Assembly (NCBI GenBank): GCA_046045965.1
Contig: JBJOKS010000061.1
Coordinates: 1 to 12,369, forward strand
Length of the DNA stretch: 12,369 nt
Origin: Cyanobacteriota bacterium
GTDB lineage: Bacteria; Cyanobacteriota; Cyanobacteriia; Cyanobacteriales; Nostocaceae
Direction: 5' to 3'
Position numbers and translations under genes: made by a program. Numbering within the stretch: the stretch's first letter is position 1; every line of letters begins with the position of its first letter. The notes below the pieces were generated by a model. The model did no database searches. It was given only the letters and a program-made list of their open reading frames with translations, and was not told the origin of the DNA. Positions 6,056 to 12,369 of the stretch are shown here, one piece after another.

Positions 6056-8443
6056 ATGAGTAAAAAGCATTTATCTCCTGTATTTTTGGCAGTTGTGGCG
6101 ATCTCTGCCCCTTTGGACAACTCACTCAGTGCGACTGCCCAAACGCCAGAAAAAATCCAGCAAGTAACAGAAGTTGCCACAATAGAAACAAACCAGCAGC
6201 TACTACAGAAAACAAGTCACAATCATGTTAGTGAAAATCAAGACATCTCTGTTCCAGCAACAGCAGTAGTTCTAGACCCAAAATCTTACTCCTCTGTACC
6301 TGCTGTCCAAATCTCCCCAGCTAACTCATCATCAATAGGCACACCAGAAGTAATCATACCCACGATTACAACACCATCAAAAACTGCACAAGCTCTGAGA
6401 GCAGCACTATCGAGGAACTCAGAAGCGATCACAAAAGCAGAAGTAATCATACCCACAATTACAACACCAGCAAAAACTGCACAAGCTCTAGAACCAGAAA
6501 CAACACCTGAAACTAATTCAACTCAGGAAAATGCCAATCCACCTACAGTACAACCATCTGCTCCTGGTAATACACAAACAACAGAAACAGCCGAACCCCG
6601 TGTATTGGTGTCAGAAGTAGCAGTAACATCGCCAACAGGTTCAATCTCACTAGAACTGGAAAACCAAGTTTACCAAGCGATTCGTACCCAAGCCGGACAA
6701 ACAACCACCCGTTCCCAACTGCAAGAAGATATTAATGCTATCTTTGCCACAGGTTTTTTCTCTAACGTGCGAGCAGTACCAGAAGATACACCTTTGGGTG
6801 TGCGGGTAAGTTTCGTTGTTGATCCTAATCCCGTCCTCAGTAAAGTAGAAATAGACGCTAATCCTAGCACTGGTGTAGCTTCCGTACTACCTGCTAACAC
6901 GGTAGATAAAATCTTTAGTGAACAGTATGGTAAAATCTTAAACTTGCGAGAATTACAAGAAGGTATTCAGAAGTTAACCAAAGAGTATCAAGACAAAGGT
7001 TATGTACTGGCTAACCTAGTGGGAGCGCCGAAAGTTTCAGAAACCGGAGTTGTTACCCTACAAGTAGCAGAAGGGGTAGTAGAAAATATCAAAGTCCGTT
7101 TCCGTAGTAAAGACGGACAGGAGGTAGATGAAAAAGGCAATCCCATTCGGGGACGGACAAAAGATTATATTATTCAGCGGGAATTGGAATTAAAGCCCGG
7201 TCAAGTATTTAACCGCAACATAGTACAAAAAGACCTGCAAAGGGTGTTTGGCCTGGGATTATTTGAAGATGTGAATGTGTCCCTCGACCCTGGTACAGAC
7301 CCTAGTAAAGTTGATGTAGTAGTGAATGTGGCTGAACGCAGTAGCGGTTCAATTGCTGCCGGGGCGGGGATTAGTTCCGCTAGTGGGTTATTTGGTACAA
7401 TTAGCTACCAACAGCAAAACCTGGGAGGTAGAAACCAGAAGCTAGGGACAGAAATACAGCTAGGAGAAAGAGAACTGCTGTTTGACCTACGGTTTACAGA
7501 TCCTTGGATTGGTGGTGATCCTTACCGGACTTCTTATACAGCTAATATTTTCCGTCGTCGCTCCATTTCTTTGATTTTTGAGGGGGACGATGAGACCATA
7601 GAAACCTTTAACCCCAATAATCCTACTAATGAAAATGAGCAGGATCGTCCCCGGATTACTCGTTTAGGTGGTGGTGTTTCTTTTACCCGTCCTCTTTCCC
7701 CCAACCCCTATGAAAGATCAGAGTGGGTTGCTTCTGCTGGTTTGCAGTATCAACGAGTTTCTAGCCGTGATGCTGATGGTAATCTGAGAAGAGAGGGGGC
7801 AGTATTTGATGATGATGGTAATAGAATTAGCCCCACGATTCCCTTCACCCAATCGGGAACAGGTGAAGACGATCTGCTATTATTGCAACTGGGCGCACAA
7901 CGCGATCGCCGTAATAATCCCTTACAACCAACTAATGGTTCTTTCCTCCGCATCGGAGTTGATCAATCTGTACCACTAGGACAGGGTAATATTCTCCTGA
8001 CCAGAGTCAGAGGTAACTACAGCCAATATTTACCTGTGAAATTTTTGGGCTTTGGTAAAGGTCCACAAACTCTAGCCTTTAACCTTCAAGGCGGTACAAT
8101 CCTGGGTGACTTACCCCCCTACGAAGCCTTTACCCTTGGTGGTAGCAACTCTGTTCGGGGTTACGATGAAGGCAGATTAGCAACTGGACGCAGTTTTGTA
8201 CAAGCATCTGTTGAATATCGCTTCCCCGTGTTCTCTGTCGTCAGTGGCGCACTATTTTTTGATTATGGTAGTGACCTGGGAAGTAGCACCAGAACAGCAG
8301 AAATTTTGAATAAAAATGGTACTGGCTATGGCTATGGTCTAGGTGTGCGTGTACAGTCACCATTAGGACCAATTCGCATAGACTATGGATTGAGTGATGA
8401 TGGCGATAGCCGCATCAACTTTGGCATTGGAGAAAGGTTTTAA
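6056..8443 (+). CDS. bamA: Omp85/BamA (Toc75-like) outer membrane protein assembly factor
   Basis: Signal-peptide-like LSPVFLAVVAISAPL, Pro/Thr-rich linker, POTRA repeats, barrel start SGSIAAGAG, loop-6 motif SVRGY, C-terminal FGIGERF. Start placed at ATG 6056 (GAGG just upstream) rather than GTG 6038; start uncertain. Confidence 0.93.
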   Translation: MSKKHLSPVFLAVVAISAPLDNSLSATAQTPEKIQQVTEVATIETNQQLLQKTSHNHVSENQDISVPATAVVLDPKSYSSVPAVQISPANSSSIGTPEVIIPTITTPSKTAQALRAALSRNSEAITKAEVIIPTITTPAKTAQALEPETTPETNSTQENANPPTVQPSAPGNTQTTETAEPRVLVSEVAVTSPTGSISLELENQVYQAIRTQAGQTTTRSQLQEDINAIFATGFFSNVRAVPEDTPLGVRVSFVVDPNPVLSKVEIDANPSTGVASVLPANTVDKIFSEQYGKILNLRELQEGIQKLTKEYQDKGYVLANLVGAPKVSETGVVTLQVAEGVVENIKVRFRSKDGQEVDEKGNPIRGRTKDYIIQRELELKPGQVFNRNIVQKDLQRVFGLGLFEDVNVSLDPGTDPSKVDVVVNVAERSSGSIAAGAGISSASGLFGTISYQQQNLGGRNQKLGTEIQLGERELLFDLRFTDPWIGGDPYRTSYTANIFRRRSISLIFEGDDETIETFNPNNPTNENEQDRPRITRLGGGVSFTRPLSPNPYERSEWVASAGLQYQRVSSRDADGNLRREGAVFDDDGNRISPTIPFTQSGTGEDDLLLLQLGAQRDRRNNPLQPTNGSFLRIGVDQSVPLGQGNILLTRVRGNYSQYLPVKFLGFGKGPQTLAFNLQGGTILGDLPPYEAFTLGGSNSVRGYDEGRLATGRSFVQASVEYRFPVFSVVSGALFFDYGSDLGSSTRTAEILNKNGTGYGYGLGVRVQSPLGPIRIDYGLSDDGDSRINFGIGERF
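6345..6489 (+). repeat. Intragenic 52 bp direct duplication in bamA
   Basis: 6345-6396 and 6438-6489 match at 50/52 nt, period 93 bp; encode EVIIPTITTP(S/A)KTAQAL twice. Confidence 0.93.
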
Positions 8444-8498
8444 ATTGGTCATTAGTCATTGGTCATTAGCAACTGATAACTGATAACTGATAACTGAT
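8444..8498 (+). repeat. Adjacent STRR arrays ATT(G/A)GTC x3 and AACTGAT x4
   Basis: ATTGGTC ATTAGTC ATTGGTC ATTAGC (STRR2-like TTGGTCA) begins right after the bamA TAA; AACTGAT x4 at 8471-8498. Confidence 0.93.
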
Positions 8499-8568
8499 CA
8501 CAACCAGGGTGTTTACTAAATATAGAGCAGATGAATAATAACAACGTCAATAGATCGGCTTGTGGCCT

Positions 8569-9417
8569 ATGCACCAACACACGTTAGCTGCGGAAATTAC
8601 CCAAACGGGTGTGGGGCTGCATAGCGGTGTGAGTACCTGTGTGCGGATACTACCAGCAGAACCAGGAAGCAATCGCTATTTTGTGCGGGTGGACTTGCCA
8701 AATTCACCCATTATTCCTGCTAAAATTGCGGTAGTTAATCAGACAGTTCTCTCAACTCAGTTGGGTACAGATGAGGTATATGTCCGCACGGTAGAGCATT
8801 TGTTGGCAGCTTTGTCTGCTATGGGTGTAGATAATGCCCGGATTGAAATTGATGGACCAGAAGTACCGCTTTTAGATGGTTCGGCTCAGGTTTGGACTGA
8901 TAACATTGTTGCGGTGGGCTTGGTATCACAACAGAACAGTGATGAATCAGCGCCTGTAGTCATTAAAGAACCTATTTCGGTTCATCAAGGGGATGCTTTT
9001 GTGTGCGCTTGTCCGGCTTCAGAAACACGTTTTAGCTATGGGATTGATTTTGATTTACCTGCGATTGGTAATCAATGGTACAGTTGGTCATTATCTCGTA
9101 ATCTAGAAAATACTGAAAATAGCTTTGTGACAGAAATTGCTCCGGCTCGTACTTTTGGACTGCTGCACCAAATTGAATATCTGCAAAAATCTGGCTTAAT
9201 CAAAGGTGGTAACTTGGATAATGCGCTGGTTTGTGGTCCTGATGGTTGGTTAAATCCACCGTTAAGATTTGCAAATGAGCCAGTACGTCATAAAATCTTG
9301 GATTTAGTGGGAGATATTAGCTTATTAGGTAAATTTCCTGTTGCTCACTTCTTAGCTTACAAAGCTAGTCACAATCTACATATTCAATTGGCACAGAAAA
9401 TTTTAGAATTAAGCTAA
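8569..9417 (+). CDS. lpxC: UDP-3-O-acyl-N-acetylglucosamine deacetylase
   Basis: [31 protein letters not shown] and zinc motif [12 protein letters not shown] 8569 preferred to TTG 8560. Confidence 0.96.
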   Translation: MHQHTLAAEITQTGVGLHSGVSTCVRILPAEPGSNRYFVRVDLPNSPIIPAKIAVVNQTVLSTQLGTDEVYVRTVEHLLAALSAMGVDNARIEIDGPEVPLLDGSAQVWTDNIVAVGLVSQQNSDESAPVVIKEPISVHQGDAFVCACPASETRFSYGIDFDLPAIGNQWYSWSLSRNLENTENSFVTEIAPARTFGLLHQIEYLQKSGLIKGGNLDNALVCGPDGWLNPPLRFANEPVRHKILDLVGDISLLGKFPVAHFLAYKASHNLHIQLAQKILELS

Positions 9418-9494
9418 AAATTAACTAAAATTTAAGATTGTACGCTATTCTCTAGCCTACTTAATTTCCAGATTCTCAACAAACTAAAGTACCA

Positions 9495-10010
9495 ATGTCA
9501 ACTCTCACCCAAGCTAATTCTACTGACGTGACTACATCTGAAGGAGATCAACAGGAACCCAATACACCCGCAATTAAAACAACCTTTACCGTGGAAGAGA
9601 TTCAACAACTGCTACCACACCGTTATCCTTTTTTGCTGGTAGATAAAATTATTGACTATGTGCCTGGAAAATTGGCTGTGGGTGTGAAAAATGTCACCTT
9701 TAATGAACCTCAATTTCAGGGTCATTTTCCCGGACGCTCACTGATGCCTGGTGTCCTCATTGTGGAAGCAATGGCGCAAGTCGGAGGTGTGGTCATGACC
9801 CAAATGCCCGATATACCAAAAGGACTGTTTGTTTTTGTGGGTATTGATAAAGTCCGTTTTCGTCGTCAGGTAGTACCTGGTGATCAGTTAATTATGACAG
9901 TGGAACTGTTGTCAATTAAGCAGCGTCGTTTTGGTAAAATGCAGGGTCGAGCCGAAGTTGACGGACAACTAGCTGCTGAAGGGGAACTGATGTTTTCTTT
10001 GGTTAGCTAA
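9495..10010 (+). CDS. fabZ: 3-hydroxyacyl-ACP dehydratase
   Basis: [42 protein letters not shown]. Confidence 0.97.
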   Translation: MSTLTQANSTDVTTSEGDQQEPNTPAIKTTFTVEEIQQLLPHRYPFLLVDKIIDYVPGKLAVGVKNVTFNEPQFQGHFPGRSLMPGVLIVEAMAQVGGVVMTQMPDIPKGLFVFVGIDKVRFRRQVVPGDQLIMTVELLSIKQRRFGKMQGRAEVDGQLAAEGELMFSLVS

Positions 10011-10222
10011 AATTATGCTTTACTAAGCTTGGTTGATCTGGGCATAGCCGTGAAATGCCCTTAGTCAATTATAAGCAAGGATAACAGTAACTACCAAAAA
10101 CCTCAAGGGTATTTACTGGTTTCTAGAGATTGAGCAGACAATTTTGGATTCAAGGTTGAAGATTTGTTTCACTAATAATTTAGGTCTTTGTAAGGCTTTG
10201 CTATTTTTAGATAGCTATTTTC

Positions 10223-10262
10223 AATCCAAAATCTAAAATCCCAAATCTAAAATCTAAAATCG
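10223..10262 (+). repeat. STRR heptamer AATC(C/T)AA x5
   Basis: AATCCAA AATCTAA AATCCCA AATCTAA AATCTAA AATCG; a short complementary copy ATTTTGGATT lies at 10141-10150. Confidence 0.9.
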
Positions 10263-10337
10263 ACAATTCGTCATCCTCACACATAGCTTATTTTGCCCGA
10301 CACTTTTTTTACTGAACTCAGTTCTGGAGAGTCACCC

Positions 10338-11156
10338 TTGAAGACACTTATTCATCCAACTGCTGTAATACATCCTAATTCGGAAATCCACTCAACGGTG
10401 CAAGTCGGTGCTTATGCTGTGATTGGAGCGAATGTCAAGGTCGGACCGGAAACTATGATTGGCGCTCATGCAGTTTTAGAAGGACACTGTGAAATCGGGG
10501 CGCGAAATCATATTTTTCCTGGTGCTGTGATCGGTATGGAACCCCAAGACCTCAAGTATGTAGGAGAACCTTCTTGGGTTAAGATTGGCGACAATAATGC
10601 AATTCGTGAGTATGTTACTATCAACCGCGCTACTGGCCGGAGTGAAGCGACTATCATCGGTAATGGTAATTTACTGATGGCTTATGTTCACGTTGGTCAT
10701 AATTGCGTGATTGAGGATTCCGTGGTCATTGCTAATTCTGTGGCATTAGCGGGTCATGTTCACATTGAGTCTCGCGCTAGATTAAGTGGGGTTTTAGGTG
10801 TGCATCAATTTGTACATATTGGTGGTATGTCGATGGTGGGTGGGATGACTCGCATTGACCGTGATGTTCCTCCTTATATGTTAGTTGAGGGCAATCCTTC
10901 GCGGGTGCGATCGCTCAATTTGGTGGGTTTAAAACGCTCAGGAATGCCAGCTAAAGACTTCCAAGTTCTGAAAAAGGCTTTTCGCATTCTCTACAGGTCT
11001 AATTATCTTTTTAAAGAGGCTTTGGCAGAGTTGGAAATGTTGGGAGATACGGAACAGCTGCAACATCTACGCCGTTTCTTGTTACTTTCGCAAATGCCAG
11101 GAAGACGGGGTTTGATTCCTGGAAAGGGGAGAAAACCCGCAAGTGATGAGTCGTGA
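10338..11156 (+). CDS. lpxA: Acyl-ACP:UDP-N-acetylglucosamine O-acyltransferase
   Basis: Hexapeptide repeats (IHPTAVIHP), PQDLKY, IREYVTINR, catalytic HVGHNC, VHQFVHIG, DVPPY. Start moved to TTG 10338 (GGAG at 10326-10329, 8 nt spacer), giving MKTLIHPTAVI. Confidence 0.96.
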   Translation: MKTLIHPTAVIHPNSEIHSTVQVGAYAVIGANVKVGPETMIGAHAVLEGHCEIGARNHIFPGAVIGMEPQDLKYVGEPSWVKIGDNNAIREYVTINRATGRSEATIIGNGNLLMAYVHVGHNCVIEDSVVIANSVALAGHVHIESRARLSGVLGVHQFVHIGGMSMVGGMTRIDRDVPPYMLVEGNPSRVRSLNLVGLKRSGMPAKDFQVLKKAFRILYRSNYLFKEALAELEMLGDTEQLQHLRRFLLLSQMPGRRGLIPGKGRKPASDES

Positions 11157-11166
11157 TTTATGAATG

Positions 11167-11205
11167 ATGAATGATGAATCACGCCTAAATTCATCATTCA
11201 TTTTT
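11167..11205 (+). terminator. Terminator-like or processing hairpin between lpxA and lpxB
   Basis: Perfect 13 bp stem ATGAATGATGAAT (11167-11179) / ATTCATCATTCAT (11189-11201), 9 nt loop, then TTTT. AU-rich, so probably weak. Confidence 0.45.
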
Positions 11206-11210
11206 AAAGA

Positions 11211-11249
11211 CAGGGAACAGGGAACAGGGAACAGGGAACAGGGAACAGG
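11211..11249 (+). repeat. STRR heptamer CAGGGAA x5
   Basis: Five exact copies plus CAGG; reverse complement of the TTCCCTG array at 4216-4250. Confidence 0.96.
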
Positions 11250-11290
11250 TAAGAGAAAAAAGATATTACAAGCAATTAGCCGGACATGAT

Positions 11291-11347
11291 TTAAAATCTA
11301 AAATTTAAAATCTAACATCTAACATCTAAAAATCTAAAATCTAAAAT
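11291..11347 (+). repeat. STRR heptamer (C/T)TAA(A/C)AT x8 ending in the lpxB start codon
   Basis: TTAAAAT CTAAAAT TTAAAAT CTAACAT CTAACAT CTAAAAAT CTAAAAT CTAAAAT(G). Confidence 0.93.
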
Positions 11348-12369
11348 GCGGATATTTATCAGCACTGGTGAGGTTTCTGGAGATTTGCAGGGGGCGCTGT
11401 TAATTACGGCGCTTCAGCGTCAAGCTGCGGATGCTGGGTATAAATTAGAGATTGTGGCTTTGGGTGGCGAGAAAATGGCCGCCGCCGGGGCGACGATTTT
11501 GGGCGATACTAGCGGTATTGGTTCTATGGGTATAATTGAGGCATTGCCGTATTTTATACCTACAGTTCAGGTACAACGACGAGCGATCGCCTATCTGAAA
11601 AAAAATCCTCCTGATATTATAGTTTTGATTGACTACATGACCCCTAATATCGGGATTGGTAGTTATATGTTTGAGCATTTTCCTCATGTACCTGTGGTAT
11701 ATTACATCGCTCCTCAAGAATGGGTATGGGCTTTGAGCCTGGAGAGAACTAAAACAATTGTTACTTTTACAGATAAGCTATTGGCAATTTTCCCTGAAGA
11801 AGCCCGTTATTATCAAGAGAAAGGGGCTAAGGTTAGCTGGGTTGGTCATCCTTTAGTTGATAGAATAGCGAATGCACCGAGTCGGGAAGCAGCGCGGAAA
11901 AGTTTGGGAATTAAACCAGAACAAATTGCAATTTCTCTTTTACCTGCTTCTCGTCACCAAGAATTAAAATATCTATTACCAGTAATTTTTCAAGCTGCTC
12001 AAAATATACAATCTAAATTACCAGAAGTACATTTTTGGATTCCTCTGTCTTTGGAAACATTTAGAGATAAAATTGAAAAAGGTATTCAAGATTACGGGTT
12101 ACAAGCAACAATAGTATCAGGTCAACAACAGGAAGTTTTTGCAGCTGTTGATTTTGCCATTACAAAATCTGGAACTGTCAATTTAGAATTAGCTTTATTA
12201 AATGTACCGCAAGTTGTTGTTTATCGTCTCAGTCCTTTTACTGCTTGGGTAGCGCGTAAAATTCTGAAAGGTTCAATTCCCTTTGCTTCTCCTGTAAATT
12301 TAGTTGTGATGCGGGAAATTGTCCCAGAATTTTTACAGGAACAAGCGACAGCAGAAAATATTACTCAAG
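11346..12369 (+). CDS. lpxB: Lipid-A-disaccharide synthase (3' truncated by window edge)
   Basis: Manual translation MRIFISTGEVSGDLQGALLI...LIDYMTPNIGIG...YYIAPQEWVW...LAIFPEEA...WVGHPLVD...LLPASRHQE...KSGTVNLELALL, open to the window end. Not in the ORF track because it has no stop in the window. Confidence 0.96.
   Translation, partial: MRIFISTGEVSGDLQGALLITALQRQAADAGYKLEIVALGGEKMAAAGATILGDTSGIGSMGIIEALPYFIPTVQVQRRAIAYLKKNPPDIIVLIDYMTPNIGIGSYMFEHFPHVPVVYYIAPQEWVWALSLERTKTIVTFTDKLLAIFPEEARYYQEKGAKVSWVGHPLVDRIANAPSREAARKSLGIKPEQIAISLLPASRHQELKYLLPVIFQAAQNIQSKLPEVHFWIPLSLETFRDKIEKGIQDYGLQATIVSGQQQEVFAAVDFAITKSGTVNLELALLNVPQVVVYRLSPFTAWVARKILKGSIPFASPVNLVVMREIVPEFLQEQATAENITQ

Larger units (their letters stand above)
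904..11590. repeat. HIP1 palindromes GCGATCGC (9 dispersed copies)
   Basis: Seen at 904, 3092, 3845, 3926, 4021, 5633, 7902, 10907 and 11583, all inside CDSs. Counted by eye. Confidence 0.9.

Noticed and set aside
6670..7953. Antisense ORFs 6670-6900 and 7750-7953 in bamA
   Set aside because: Shadow ORFs on the opposite strand of a conserved essential gene.
10293..10337. 15-codon N-terminal extension of lpxA in the ORF track
   Set aside because: TTG 10338 has a well-spaced GGAG, and LpxA homology starts there.
141..11347. Repeat arrays as a CRISPR array
   Set aside because: Units are 7-9 nt and contiguous with no unique spacers, and there are no cas genes; these are STRRs.
11003..11717. 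Antisense ORFs 11003-11197 and 11445-11717
   Set aside because: Overlap lpxA and lpxB; the first starts in the TCATCAT repeat.
5233..12369. purC-bamA-lpxC-fabZ-lpxA-lpxB order without skp and lpxD as a novel operon
   Set aside because: As I recall, this is the usual arrangement in Anabaena/Nostoc; it differs from Proteobacteria but is not new.

Overview
Core-genome region of a heterocyst-forming cyanobacterium (Nostocales, Anabaena-like), inferred from 9 HIP1 octamers, heptamer STRR arrays in almost every spacer, and gene order. Contents: 3' end of sqdB, sqdX (sulfolipid synthesis), cyaB1 (GAF-GAF-PAS class III adenylate cyclase), a small conserved hypothetical gene on the minus strand, a ~700 bp divergent promoter region, then purC-bamA(Omp85)-lpxC-fabZ-lpxA-lpxB (lpxB runs off the window). 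Two real genes, the sqdB tail and lpxB, are absent from the ORF track. I found no transposase, CRISPR array, RNA gene or new protein system. The unexplained structure is non-coding. Four unrelated tandem-repeat families each build a G-quadruplex-type motif on the mRNA strand just after a stop codon. Repeats also supply a stop codon, a start codon and terminator-like stems. The small hypothetical gene has a structured leader with an overlapping uORF. All functional readings of these are hypotheses.
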